From a virus (taxonomy: Duplodnaviria > Caudoviricetes): 64,000 nt of DNA. The DNA is taken from the IMG/VR virus record IMGVR_UViG_3300029305_002015, positions 36,956-100,955 of that record. The stretch is one strand, 5' to 3'. Positions 38,808 to 48,984 of this stretch are shown in pieces (within the stretch, counting starts at the first letter, position 1; every line of letters starts with the position of its first letter). Under the pieces are notes generated by a model that ran no database searches, was not told where the DNA came from, and worked only from the letters and a program-made list of their open reading frames with translations. The position numbers and the translations under genes were made by a program.

Positions 38808-40130
38808 TTATTCAAGATTATATAGATCTTTAATTAGATTATTCACATAATCATGAGATACAGTTACAATCAGTCGATATGTTCTACGAGGGTTTGGAGA
38901 TAGTAGAATCAATTCCCTATTCGTCCAATCTATATAGAATAATTCATTATCGAGGATTTCCCCGTTTTCTCTGAATTGAACTTTAATAAATCTTTCCATA
39001 GGAATTCCAAACTTCAAATGGTGATCTATTACTAATCTTAATGATTGATTTAGGATACTATCAATTGAAATACTATTTTCACCTTGCTTTAGTTTAAAGA
39101 TAGGCCAGCTAAGAATAGTCCATCCAACCGGTAAATCAAAATCATTAAGATTAATAGTATCGGAAAAGATTGGAACAATAGTTTGATCTTCCTTAGTAGG
39201 AACGTGAATTTGTTTCTTCATGTCAGGACTATTGAGAGTTAAATACCCAATAGTATTAAATTCACATCTGACTGAGAAGGTGATTTCATAACCTCTTCTA
39301 ATCTGTCCATCTTTGACACCAGGTCCAGCTTGAGGAACTTGAAATACAGTATCAATATCAGCGATGTAGTACATGAAGAATTCATCAGAATTAGAGCCAC
39401 CCTTGAGTTTATATGTAATAGGATAATGCCAGATACTATTCATATATGTCAAGAATTTATATACAGATTCATCTTCATCATGTACATTTACTTTAGCAAC
39501 ATTACCAAGTAAGCTACAAAACTCTCCAGGCAGATATAACTCTAGAGGTGCACGGACAAACTGATTATGCCCAACAGGAATCATATTATGGATATAAGAC
39601 ATATAATTTACTTGCTCAGCAAATGTGTTAAATGTCATAATCACATCAATATACATTACTGCTCGATTATAATGACCATGGATATAGATACTTTTTCTAG
39701 GATCTTCAGCTAATGGTAGTAGAGAACCATCTCCATAGAATGCATGAGTATTAGTAAACCTAGCATTCATTTGAGTATTAGCTAAGAATCTATCATCATC
39801 TTGACCAAACATAATTCTAGGAACAAGTACCATGATTGGAAGTTCCTTTTTCTGCAACTGTTTAGGTAGATGAGTAACTTGTCTACTAGCAAGAGTAGTA
39901 CTAGCAGTTACAGTCTTAAATAAATCAGGAGGGAATATATCTAAGATATATTTCTCAATTACAGACATTACATTTCCATATGTATGGGATGCTGAAGTAT
40001 TACATATTGCTCCAGTATTTTTAATGTGGTCACCATATTCAGCACCAACATTTCGTTCATATTGTACACCCTGAACATTGATATCTGGATTAGATATCGA
40101 TGGATTATAATTACCGATCATTCTATTCAC
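38808..40130 (-). CDS. Putative virion structural protein (neck/tail-completion region)
   Basis: 440 aa, GTG start; among structural genes; no diagnostic motif. Confidence 0.4.
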   Translation of the reverse strand: MNRMIGNYNPSISNPDINVQGVQYERNVGAEYGDHIKNTGAICNTSASHTYGNVMSVIEKYILDIFPPDLFKTVTASTTLASRQVTHLPKQLQKKELPIMVLVPRIMFGQDDDRFLANTQMNARFTNTHAFYGDGSLLPLAEDPRKSIYIHGHYNRAVMYIDVIMTFNTFAEQVNYMSYIHNMIPVGHNQFVRAPLELYLPGEFCSLLGNVAKVNVHDEDESVYKFLTYMNSIWHYPITYKLKGGSNSDEFFMYYIADIDTVFQVPQAGPGVKDGQIRRGYEITFSVRCEFNTIGYLTLNSPDMKKQIHVPTKEDQTIVPIFSDTINLNDFDLPVGWTILSWPIFKLKQGENSISIDSILNQSLRLVIDHHLKFGIPMERFIKVQFRENGEILDNELFYIDWTNRELILLSPNPRRTYRLIVTVSHDYVNNLIKDLYNLE

Positions 40131-40171
40131 CTTCTTTCTGTTATTAGGATGTAATTTACCTTTACGTAAAT

Positions 40172-40200
40172 ATGAGGAGGGATATAATATCCCTCCTCAT
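40172..40200. terminator. Hairpin
   Basis: atgaggagggatat-a-atatccctcctcat. Confidence 0.55.
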
Positions 40201-40225
40201 TATATCAAGATGTTATTAGTAAATG

Positions 40226-40262
40226 AAGTGGTGGGATGCCGACCGGATCATCCCACCACTTT
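40226..40262 (-). terminator. Hairpin, putative terminator
   Basis: aagtggtgggatg-N11-catcccaccactt. Confidence 0.6.
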
Positions 40263-40268
40263 CCTATA

Positions 40269-40664
40269 TTAAGATATAATCCCCATGCGCTTAAAGAAGA
40301 TATCAATCAGTTCTTTGAGAGAATTCGCATTGTATATCTTAATAATAGGCTGATGGAATTCAGTAATGTTTCTCATACCATTCAATCGTAGAAGGGCCAA
40401 CCATAATTCAGTGGTGCCATAGAGTTCATAACTAACCGATTTTGGTTTGTAGAACATTGACTGAGGAACGTTGTAATACTGGACAATCTGGTCCAGTTCC
40501 TGTTTATAATTAACGAAAAAATCACTAATTGGTATTTTAAAGATGTGATCAGGATTATTCACATCTCCCACCAATAGTGTTTCATAGAAGTTCCTTAATG
40601 ATATGGTCTCTTTCTTTCCATCAGCTATGTATTTATCGATATACGTGATGTCTGGTAATGCCAT
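40269..40664 (-). CDS. Baseplate wedge protein (T4 gp53/LysM-like)
   Basis: YKPKSVSYELYGTTELWLALLRLN matches the gp53-like RPDxISYxLYGxxxxWWxILxxN pattern. Confidence 0.7.
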   Translation of the reverse strand: MALPDITYIDKYIADGKKETISLRNFYETLLVGDVNNPDHIFKIPISDFFVNYKQELDQIVQYYNVPQSMFYKPKSVSYELYGTTELWLALLRLNGMRNITEFHQPIIKIYNANSLKELIDIFFKRMGIIS

Positions 40665-41104
40665 TAGTACTTCTCACCTCCACCAGGAAGAGCAGTATTT
40701 TCATTAGCATTCCTATTGTAACCTCTAATTGCATCTTCCGTACCAAATACTCGATAAGATTCATTAGGATCACCATTACGACAAATAAGAAGAAACTGTC
40801 GACCCATAACAGTTTGATTCTCAGCATCATAATATTCCAATGGAGCTCTACCGATGAATTTAGTAGTAAGAAAATTCTGGCATTCAATTGTACATTCCAA
40901 ACAAAGCTTAGTATCTTCATCATTTAAAAATATAGATGAATCAATTTCTCTTGGTTGTACACATGCTTCTTCAAATGGAACATTAGGCATTAGAGAAGTT
41001 GAATGAATTTTATATACACCAACATCTGTGAATCTATAGTCTTGAGCCGATCTACATACACTCTCTTCAACTACTCGCTCTACATTGTATGTACCATTAA
41101 TCAT
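40664..41104 (-). CDS. Hypothetical protein (probably baseplate-associated)
   Basis: 146 aa; TAATG-coupled to the gp53-like gene. Confidence 0.55.
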   Translation of the reverse strand: MINGTYNVERVVEESVCRSAQDYRFTDVGVYKIHSTSLMPNVPFEEACVQPREIDSSIFLNDEDTKLCLECTIECQNFLTTKFIGRAPLEYYDAENQTVMGRQFLLICRNGDPNESYRVFGTEDAIRGYNRNANENTALPGGGEKY

Positions 41105-41166
41105 ACTACTCTCACCTCCTTTTATAAAATATTATACTTTTATATGATACGGTTCAATAATAAGAA

Positions 41167-41202
41167 AAATATATGGAGGGGTTTGAACCCCTCCATATAT
41201 TT
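41167..41202 (-). terminator. Intrinsic terminator
   Basis: aaatatatggaggggtt-tg-aacccctccatatattt. Confidence 0.75.
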
Positions 41203-41212
41203 CATTATTTAA

Positions 41213-42307
41213 TTATTCCTCAGCCTTAGGCTCAGATTTAGGCTCAGATTTGGGATCCTCTTCCTTCTTACCAGCACCCATAAGCTCATTGAAAGGCTTA
41301 GTTAATGCAATAAGAATATCCTTGCGGTAATTGTATACATAGTTGTACATGCTCATGGTATTAGCACAGACTACCAGCAATCTGTTATAAAGCTTCATAG
41401 CAGCAGGACCATTGTAGTTAGTTACAGCCTGACCCTCAGTCTCAGCCATACCTTTCAGCTTCTGCTCAACCTGCTTCAGCCGTTCAGTAACTTCCTTAAT
41501 GGTAGTATCAGATAGATCAAGAGTGATGGAACCCTTTGCAATATCTTTATTAATCATAGTCTCAAGACGACTGATGTATCTATTCTCGGTACCATCAGAA
41601 ACAGTCTGGCTATTATCACGACCAAAACTGAAAGTATTCATGGTCTCAGAGAATTTCTTAGCATCAATTACCTCAGGATACTTGTTAGTACCATTCTTAG
41701 GTAACAGCTTTACACTAACTGCATTCTTACTGAAAGCAGCCTTGAGCTTATTCTTGGTATTCTTATCTTTGATACCATTAATAAGAACATTCCAATCAGG
41801 ATCTACATCAGCATTGCTAGGAGCAGAGATCTCATAACCATCATCGATGTATTTCTGAGGCCAAGCATTCTTGATTGCACTAGCAAGCTTCTCCTCACCC
41901 ATCTCATCAATGGATTTGATCTTACCCTTATACTTAGCTTCAAACTTATCAAGGTTGGCAGCACGACGACGCAGATTTTCAAAGATTCGTACAAAGAAAC
42001 GACCAACGTTTCTCAGAGCTTCCATAATCTTGTTCCAAGCTTTCTTCAGGAAACCTTCCTTCTTAGAAGCGGCTGCACTAGCAACATCCTTAGCAGTCTC
42101 TTCATCAGTAGCTTCGATGAAATAGCTCTCATCAAACTCAGTATACTGCTCACGGATCTCAGCCATGTTTTCTACCATAAACTGCTGAGATTCAGCATAC
42201 TGGGTCATTAGTTCGATCTCATAGCACTCTTTCATCATCTCAAAATGTTCTTTAGAGTGAGCAAAATTCTCATACTCTAAAATTAGTTCTCCATACGTTT
42301 TAGCCAT
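41213..42307 (-). CDS. Putative internal head protein
   Basis: ATG (MAKTYG) at 42307 after AAGGAGG; acidic propeptide, YFIEA, then GFLKKAWNKIMEALRNVGRFFVRIF helix. Confidence 0.55.
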   Translation of the reverse strand: MAKTYGELILEYENFAHSKEHFEMMKECYEIELMTQYAESQQFMVENMAEIREQYTEFDESYFIEATDEETAKDVASAAASKKEGFLKKAWNKIMEALRNVGRFFVRIFENLRRRAANLDKFEAKYKGKIKSIDEMGEEKLASAIKNAWPQKYIDDGYEISAPSNADVDPDWNVLINGIKDKNTKNKLKAAFSKNAVSVKLLPKNGTNKYPEVIDAKKFSETMNTFSFGRDNSQTVSDGTENRYISRLETMINKDIAKGSITLDLSDTTIKEVTERLKQVEQKLKGMAETEGQAVTNYNGPAAMKLYNRLLVVCANTMSMYNYVYNYRKDILIALTKPFNELMGAGKKEEDPKSEPKSEPKAEE

Positions 42308-42377
42308 TGTGGAATCCTCCTTCAATTATAAAATAATATTTGTAGTATGGGTATTTACTGCTTATTGATTAGTCATG

Positions 42378-43052
42378 TTAATGTTGAGTTTCAGGTAGTA
42401 GATCATTTGCAGCATCACGAGCAACAGAACTGTTGTTAGTAGTAGCAACCTTAACTAAGAACTTCTGAGCTAAAGCTTGAGCTTCATCATAATGATCCTT
42501 CTGAATCTCTAACTTCATTTTATTCTTAATAACAGCTGCCTTTTTATACATCTGATACTTTTCAGTATCTTTCTGACGAGCAATAAGAAGAGCACATACA
42601 GAAATTAACTGAGCCATCCGAGTCTTATTATCAAAACTGATAATATTACGCTCCATTAGTACAGATGCTTCAGAAAATGCTTCATTGATCTGATCTGCAA
42701 TACTTCCTTCAAAACCCTGCATAACAAGAATAGGAGTAAAGATCTGATTGAGTTCATTCAATAGAGAATCTTCATCCATACTATTATTAGGATTTACAGG
42801 AGCAGCAATAGCATCAGTGCCAGCAGTTTCAATGCTATCCTGAATTTCATCCATACTTTCAAGCATTTGAGTCCATCCCATTAAGTGCCCCTTCATAGGA
42901 CCAGTAGGATTAGTACCAGCAGTAGGGGCATTATGAGCAATATCCTTGACTGCTTCACCATCACTATCAATGGTCTTTTTATATTGAGCCTGTAGTTTAT
43001 GGAAATGGGAGTTCATCTTATCCTCATCAACAGGACGATTTACATTTGCCAT
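42378..43052 (-). CDS. Putative head protein
   Basis: 224 aa; acidic N-part with MLES/FSEA sites, basic helical C-part; next to the probable portal. Confidence 0.45.
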   Translation of the reverse strand: MANVNRPVDEDKMNSHFHKLQAQYKKTIDSDGEAVKDIAHNAPTAGTNPTGPMKGHLMGWTQMLESMDEIQDSIETAGTDAIAAPVNPNNSMDEDSLLNELNQIFTPILVMQGFEGSIADQINEAFSEASVLMERNIISFDNKTRMAQLISVCALLIARQKDTEKYQMYKKAAVIKNKMKLEIQKDHYDEAQALAQKFLVKVATTNNSSVARDAANDLLPETQH

Positions 43053-43103
43053 TTAAGTCTCACTCCTTTATCAATTATTTTAAACCCATTTTATCTGAAT
43101 AGA

Positions 43104-45437
43104 TTAAGAATTAGTTTCTTTATCTTGTTCAACTTCAGCAAGATCTTGTTTATCAATGGCAAGTTTAGATACATCATCCTGAAGTTTAGAATCAGTAGCC
43201 TGAATATCTACTCGCTTAATTAGTTCTTCTAAACTATCAAAGTCAAGTTGAGGTAAATATTCTTTGGCTAACTCTTTACGCAGGAAAATCTGTTTATCTG
43301 TGGCATTACCATTCTCATCTTCCATTTCAGATTTCTTGTAGAAAATGGACATAACTAATTCAACCAACGCATTGAAATTAGTAATCATTTCAGATGTAAT
43401 GGATAGATCTTGTTGCTTAATAGCATTAAACTTAAATAGGAAAGATTGAATTATATCATCTTCCATATCAGTACAATGCTTGAGCAACATTCTGTAGAGT
43501 TTAGTTAAACCCTTATTGAAATCAATCTTATAAGAAGAAACTGTAGATAAGAATCGAGCATTAGCCAACTCAAGAGTCTTAGCAAAATCAGCTTCATCAA
43601 TAGCATTAATCATCATCAGATGAGGAACGCCAGTACCACTAATTGCTTGACGCCTTTGCTGCTCTAGGAATTCCATATTAATAGGATTCTCAACTGCAGC
43701 AATTGTATCAGTTTCTAATGCACGATAATCATTACGACCAGCAGGAAGAACCATCTCTCCCATACCACCGACTTTATTTAATACACCTGAATAGGAATAG
43801 ATATCATCGATGGTAATTCTTCTGGATTGGAACTTACGCATAGTACGTTGAATCTGAGCAGCATAGTCCTTATTCAATCCAGATGATTTCAGATAATGAA
43901 CTCGAGTTGTATTATTATTTAATGTATAAAGCATGTTATACATTGTGAGCATGAGATACATACGAGCAGGGAACATAGTAGGTTCAATTACAGAATGACC
44001 CCTACCCTCTTCATCCTCATTAATAACAAAACGAACTACTTCATTCTCAGGAATATAGATAAATGAGAGTTTGCCTTCTGAGAACTTATGAGCCATGATT
44101 ACTTCAGCAATTTCACTCTTTAACTTAATATTCTTTTCAAGCATTTTCTTATCAAAAGACTTGATAATCATATTAGCTAGAGTATCCACCATATTCTTAT
44201 CTCTAGTATAGTTCTGGAAAGATAAATCAACCATACCATTAGGATTAGCAGCATTCGCTTGAAGATCCATAGTAGTTGATACATAATAGTATCCAATAAC
44301 TCGTCTATCCATACGAATAGGTACTAGACGTAAACCATCGAGATACTTTAAATAACAACCTTTGATATGGCTGAAATCTTTAATGTTATCAACAACATCT
44401 TGATCAATGTCAGCAAATACACTGCTAGAGATTTTATTATAGTTAAGAGTCTCACTGAAGTGTTCAATCTTTTCACCAGATTTGGATTTACTCTGAGATG
44501 AGGCATACTCATGTAATACGAAACTCTTAAATGCTTCTGCTCCCATTTCAGATAACATTACAGAAGATCCATTGTATACATCAATATTTCTCAGTAGAGA
44601 TCCAATTCCATCATGGTTAACTTTCTCAGGAACTACTTTTACAGAAGGATCTTTTTCAATTTGATATGTATCAGACATATCATTTTTAACTCCAGTTGAA
44701 GCAGATTCCATTAAAGTTTTAACATTTTCTTCACTATACAAAGACTTACCTTCAGTAAAGCTTTCATAAACTTCAGTAGGAACACTTTCCTTGAAACCTT
44801 TACTGATATGGAATCCTTTCCCATCCCCATATTTACTATCATGAATAGATTCAAGTTCAGCAAATAATTTTGAATATGGGACAACTTGAATTGTATGCTC
44901 ACCAATAGTAAGAGTATTAGGAACAATGAAGTTTTTGATAGCCATTAATAGATCATATCTATTTTCGATTTCCCTAACTTGAGATTCTAATGCTTCATTA
45001 TCCTGATGATTCTCAAAGATAATAGATCTAGATACTTCACCAGTTGAAACATTACTCTCAATAATAGAATCTCGAATTACATAGATAACATCTCGCATTT
45101 CTGGCATCTGCGTACAGATATTGCTCATATCTCTACGCATCAAAAGTTCACTATGATTCAACGTATCTACGGTCACATAATCTGATCTAATATTATTGAG
45201 AACATTCTTGACCATATCCTTATCTTTCTTATCGGACAACTCAAGATCTCTCATACGTTTGATGAAGCCATCATCATCGAATGCTGTTGAGTTAAAAGCT
45301 TTTAGAGCGGTATCTAAAGTTTTATCAAAAGATGTTGATATAAGATCAAGCTCATCTTCATGCATATTACCAACATCATCAGCAATACTTAATGCCAGCT
45401 TATCAATAATTTCTCTTGTTTGAGTTTTATTAGGCAT
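43104..45437 (-). CDS. Portal protein (jumbo-phage/T4 gp20-like)
   Basis: 777 aa; QMPEMRDVIYVIRDSII and FLEQQRRQAISGTGVP resemble portal motifs; head-gene context. Confidence 0.6.
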   Translation of the reverse strand: MPNKTQTREIIDKLALSIADDVGNMHEDELDLISTSFDKTLDTALKAFNSTAFDDDGFIKRMRDLELSDKKDKDMVKNVLNNIRSDYVTVDTLNHSELLMRRDMSNICTQMPEMRDVIYVIRDSIIESNVSTGEVSRSIIFENHQDNEALESQVREIENRYDLLMAIKNFIVPNTLTIGEHTIQVVPYSKLFAELESIHDSKYGDGKGFHISKGFKESVPTEVYESFTEGKSLYSEENVKTLMESASTGVKNDMSDTYQIEKDPSVKVVPEKVNHDGIGSLLRNIDVYNGSSVMLSEMGAEAFKSFVLHEYASSQSKSKSGEKIEHFSETLNYNKISSSVFADIDQDVVDNIKDFSHIKGCYLKYLDGLRLVPIRMDRRVIGYYYVSTTMDLQANAANPNGMVDLSFQNYTRDKNMVDTLANMIIKSFDKKMLEKNIKLKSEIAEVIMAHKFSEGKLSFIYIPENEVVRFVINEDEEGRGHSVIEPTMFPARMYLMLTMYNMLYTLNNNTTRVHYLKSSGLNKDYAAQIQRTMRKFQSRRITIDDIYSYSGVLNKVGGMGEMVLPAGRNDYRALETDTIAAVENPINMEFLEQQRRQAISGTGVPHLMMINAIDEADFAKTLELANARFLSTVSSYKIDFNKGLTKLYRMLLKHCTDMEDDIIQSFLFKFNAIKQQDLSITSEMITNFNALVELVMSIFYKKSEMEDENGNATDKQIFLRKELAKEYLPQLDFDSLEELIKRVDIQATDSKLQDDVSKLAIDKQDLAEVEQDKETNS

Positions 45438-45508
45438 ATATAAACTGACTCCCTTCTATATTATTTAGAAACTTTAAAATACCGTATTTCAAAGTGCATG
45501 TTATTATA

Positions 45509-45540
45509 GGTGAGGAAGGACTCTATGGTCCTCCCTCACC
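45509..45540 (-). terminator. Hairpin, putative terminator
   Basis: ggtgaggaaggac-N6-gtcctccctcacc (imperfect). Confidence 0.5.
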
Positions 45541-45551
45541 GTTGAATGTTT

Positions 45552-46514
45552 TTAGATAGCACTCATAACGGCTCTCTTAGCATCTTCAAGGCTCTTAGTG
45601 ATACTACTTAATTTTTTCATCAACTCTTCTTTAGCATTATCACTATTGCCATCATACGCAGGGGAATCAGCTTCAGCCACTTTGTCTTTTACAGCAGCAG
45701 TTACAGCATTATCACTTGAACCTTCTTCCTCAGCAGGAGGAGTATCTTCTACAGGAGCAGGTTCTTCAGTTCCACCTTCAGCAGGTGCTTCTTCTGCAGG
45801 AGGTGTATCAGTACCAGCATCCCCACCATCTAATGAAATTGCTTCACTTAGCATATCATCAGAATCAAATTCAGCATTTTCTACAGGAGCAGTAGGTTCT
45901 GCACCAACAGGTTCAGAATTAATGGGTTCAGTTTCTTCACCACCGAAACCACTATCAATACGCTGAGAAGTTACATCTTCATCTCCACTAATTACATCAC
46001 CTGCATTATTGGGAGGAACAGGTAGAACATCTTTAGGAGTATTAGAACCTAAATCAAGTTCCATACTCAAGATACCATCATCAGCAACAGGTTCACCTGT
46101 TACATTACTAACAGGCTCAGGTAAAGAATCATCACCAGGTAAAGGTATAGGATTCTCTTCACCACCACCTACAACAGGCTCAGCAAGTTCAGAATCATCA
46201 ATAGGTTCATTTGTCATATCATCATTGACAGGTTCAGGAGATGCAGGTTCATCTACATCAACAGGTTGATCCATTACATCATCATCTTGATTATTATCAT
46301 CTTCTTTAGGATTCTCATCTTCCTTAGGCTCTTCAGGCTCATTATCATTTTCGATAACGGGCGACTCTTCAGGAGCTACATCTCCTTCTTCACCAAGAAC
46401 AATGAGATCATCTAAGCTACTTCCCATACCGTCTTCAAGAATAATCTCAGCGGCTTCCAGGAAATCTTTTTTCTGATTAATAATACCTTTAATAGTATTA
46501 AGCATATACATCAA
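45552..46514 (-). CDS. Highly acidic, Pro-rich protein (putative scaffold/core)
   Basis: 320 aa D/E/P-rich with a C-terminal coiled coil; MLSEA site; upstream of the portal. Confidence 0.45.
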   Translation of the reverse strand: MMYMLNTIKGIINQKKDFLEAAEIILEDGMGSSLDDLIVLGEEGDVAPEESPVIENDNEPEEPKEDENPKEDDNNQDDDVMDQPVDVDEPASPEPVNDDMTNEPIDDSELAEPVVGGGEENPIPLPGDDSLPEPVSNVTGEPVADDGILSMELDLGSNTPKDVLPVPPNNAGDVISGDEDVTSQRIDSGFGGEETEPINSEPVGAEPTAPVENAEFDSDDMLSEAISLDGGDAGTDTPPAEEAPAEGGTEEPAPVEDTPPAEEEGSSDNAVTAAVKDKVAEADSPAYDGNSDNAKEELMKKLSSITKSLEDAKRAVMSAI

Positions 46515-46724
46515 TCTCCTTTTCTAATTATTATAAAAATTTATTATAGGATAGGTCCCCTTAAGATATTATTAATAAGTGATGCTTTTTGACCTATTTA
46601 ACGAAATAATAATACTAAAATAGGGGATCTTCTGTAAGCCTCTATAAATACTAAACAATAAATGTGTACTTCGGATAACCCTGTTATTCGTATAACATAA
46701 TATTTTATAAAGGAGGATCGAAAT

Positions 46725-46871
46725 ATGATTAGTCCTAAAGATCTGGAAAAGTTAGATACTCCAGAAGGTCGTAAACAGTTACCTCCTGAATTCGTAGAAG
46801 AATTCGCAAATGGTAAAGGTGACGATGATGATGACAAAGTAAAGAAAGGAGGAACTAAAAAGAATGGCTAA
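46725..46871 (+). CDS. Small acidic protein overlapping the endolysin start (not in ORF track)
   Basis: AAGGAGG RBS; MISPKDLEKLDTPEGRKQLPPEFVEEFANGKGDDDDDKVKKGGTKKNG* (48 aa). Confidence 0.65.
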   Translation: MISPKDLEKLDTPEGRKQLPPEFVEEFANGKGDDDDDKVKKGGTKKNG

Positions 46872-48195
46872 GTTCTCTAATAGCCCATTAGTAGTTTATA
46901 CTAAATTAAGTCCTAACCATAGTGGTCAACGTACAAAGGCTATTGATACTATTGCAATTCACTGTATGGCTGGTAACTGTACAATTGAAACCTGTGGTGA
47001 AATCTTTGCTCCTAAGAGTCGTCAAGCTTCTTCTCAATATGGTATTGGTAGTGATGGTCGTATTGGTATGTATGTTGAGGAGAAGAATCGGTCTTGGTGC
47101 ACAAGCAGTGCTGCAGTAGATCAACGTGCTATCACCATTGAGGTTGCTAACACTAAGGCAGCTCATCCTTGGCCTATCAGTGATAAAGCTTATGCTTCTC
47201 TTGTAAAGCTTTGTATTGATATTTGTCAGCGTAATAACATCAAGAAGCTTCTATGGTTAGGCAACAAGGCTTATATGGGTGATGTTTCTAAACAGAACAT
47301 GGTTGTTCACCGTTGGACTGCTAATAAAGCTTGTCCTGGTGATGATCTGTATAACCTTCACTCTAAGATTGTATCTGAAGTTAACGCTGCTCTTAGCAAG
47401 ACTTCTACCTCTACTGGTACTACTATTCCTACTGTAACTAAACCTACTCAAGCTACCAATGTTATTTCTGGTACTCCTGAAAAGATTATTTGGAACTTTT
47501 TCAAGAATAAAGGTCTCAATGACTATGCTGTTGCTGGTATCATGGGTAACCTTTATGCAGAATCTGGTTTATCTTCCATTAATCTTCAGAATACCTTTGA
47601 AAAGAAACTTGGTAGTGATGATGAATACACTAAGAAAGTTGACAGTGGAAAGTACACTAACTTCGTTCGTGACGGTGCAGGTTACGGTATTGCACAATGG
47701 ACCTACTGGTCGCGTAAGGAAGGTCTCTTGAACTATGCTAAGAAGTGTGGTAAATCCATTGGTGATCTCACCATGCAGTGTGAGTATCTATGGACAGAGC
47801 TCAATCAATCTCCTTTCAAGACTAAGGTTCTTGCAGTACTTCAAAAAGCTACTTCTGTACAGCAGGCATCTGATGTATTCCTCATGGAATTTGAGAAACC
47901 TGCTAACTCTGCATCTCATAAGGCTAAGCGTCTGACCTATTCCAATGACTTTTATAAGAAGAACGCCAAAGGTGATAAAGCTAATACTTTACCTTATCTC
48001 GTTAAGGTAAATGATGCTACTGTTCTTAACATCCGTAAGGGTGCTGGTACTAACTTCAAAGTAGTTGGTTCTATTAAGGATAATGGTATCTATACTATCG
48101 TCCAGGAAGCAGTTGGTCAGGGCGCTAAGAAATGGGGTAAACTGAAATCTGGTGCTGGTTGGATCAGCCTAGACTATTGTATCAAACTGTCTTAA
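46864..48195 (+). CDS. Endolysin: amidase_2 + phage tail lysozyme + SH3b
   Basis: SPNHSGQR..IDTIAIHC, ITIEVAN, VHRWTANKACPG; AGIMGNLYAESG, GYGIAQWT; LNIRKGAGT...WGKLKSGAGWISL. Confidence 0.92.
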   Translation: MAKFSNSPLVVYTKLSPNHSGQRTKAIDTIAIHCMAGNCTIETCGEIFAPKSRQASSQYGIGSDGRIGMYVEEKNRSWCTSSAAVDQRAITIEVANTKAAHPWPISDKAYASLVKLCIDICQRNNIKKLLWLGNKAYMGDVSKQNMVVHRWTANKACPGDDLYNLHSKIVSEVNAALSKTSTSTGTTIPTVTKPTQATNVISGTPEKIIWNFFKNKGLNDYAVAGIMGNLYAESGLSSINLQNTFEKKLGSDDEYTKKVDSGKYTNFVRDGAGYGIAQWTYWSRKEGLLNYAKKCGKSIGDLTMQCEYLWTELNQSPFKTKVLAVLQKATSVQQASDVFLMEFEKPANSASHKAKRLTYSNDFYKKNAKGDKANTLPYLVKVNDATVLNIRKGAGTNFKVVGSIKDNGIYTIVQEAVGQGAKKWGKLKSGAGWISLDYCIKLS

Positions 48196-48205
48196 CAAAA
48201 GAAAA

Positions 48206-48238
48206 AATAAGTGGGGTGGACATTCCACCCCACTTATT
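48206..48238. terminator. Bidirectional terminator
   Basis: aataagtggggtgga-cat-tccaccccacttatt. Confidence 0.8.
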
Positions 48239-48240
48239 AC

Positions 48241-48651
48241 TTATTCTTCAGTCCGATAATATAATCCGCAATGACAATAACCAAGTTCATTACTTTCTCT
48301 GAATTCTTTACACATACACTTGGTATCTTCATTTTGAATAATATTACAAGGACAGTATCCACCGTTCTCTCTAATCTTATCGCGAACTTCTGTAACAATT
48401 TCACTATTAGGATTAGTTCGAATAGGATAGATCTGTTCAAATCTATACTCTTGAGTTACATCTGGATATTTCTCTTTATCAACTTTATCAAGGAACATAT
48501 CAAGAGGGCGAACCCAAGTTTCATTAGTAGTATTATTACGGTACACTACAACTTCTTTTTCAGTTTCACTATCTTTAGCTATACTGATTACACGGTATAT
48601 TCCGCCTTTGAAATGTCTGTACAGTTTATTGATTTTTACTTGTCGTTCCAT
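48241..48651 (-). CDS. DUF1653 domain fused to ferredoxin:thioredoxin reductase catalytic-subunit-like domain
   Basis: YRHFKG..Y..SET..VVY..WVRP..MF (DUF1653), then GYCPC...CMC...CHCGLY (FTR-type CPC/CxC/CHC). Confidence 0.75.
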   Translation of the reverse strand: MERQVKINKLYRHFKGGIYRVISIAKDSETEKEVVVYRNNTTNETWVRPLDMFLDKVDKEKYPDVTQEYRFEQIYPIRTNPNSEIVTEVRDKIRENGGYCPCNIIQNEDTKCMCKEFRESNELGYCHCGLYYRTEE

Positions 48652-48666
48652 CTCAATATTCCTTTC

Positions 48667-48969
48667 TCATTCATAGATACACTTATATCCATACTCAAGA
48701 GCAATTTGGTGTTCAATCCTACACCCACGATGTTGAGCCCAGCCTTTAGTAAAGTATACCGCTTTACAATTAGCCATCTTCTCAATTGCTTTTGCTAGAT
48801 AATATACAGGAATATCAGCACCGTCAGGAATAAATAAGTTACCAAAATATGTATTCTCTAATTCATAACCCATTCCCCTAATAGCACTTATAGCTCTGCT
48901 TCTAGTATTTAAGATTTCTTCATCACTCAAACCATTCATAGGCTGAGAGATCATACATAATTCTTTCAT
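48667..48969 (-). CDS. DUF4406 family protein (nucleoside deoxyribosyltransferase-like fold)
   Basis: ISQPMNG...CKAVYFTKGWAQHRGCRIEHQIA. Confidence 0.7.
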   Translation of the reverse strand: MKELCMISQPMNGLSDEEILNTRSRAISAIRGMGYELENTYFGNLFIPDGADIPVYYLAKAIEKMANCKAVYFTKGWAQHRGCRIEHQIALEYGYKCIYE

Positions 48970-48984
48970 TCAGTGTCCTCCTTA

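Noticed and set aside
46850-46871. Frameshift fusing the 48-aa ORF to the endolysin
   Set aside because: The lysin has its own AGGAGG RBS and lies in the +1 frame; the A run is not a canonical slippery heptamer.
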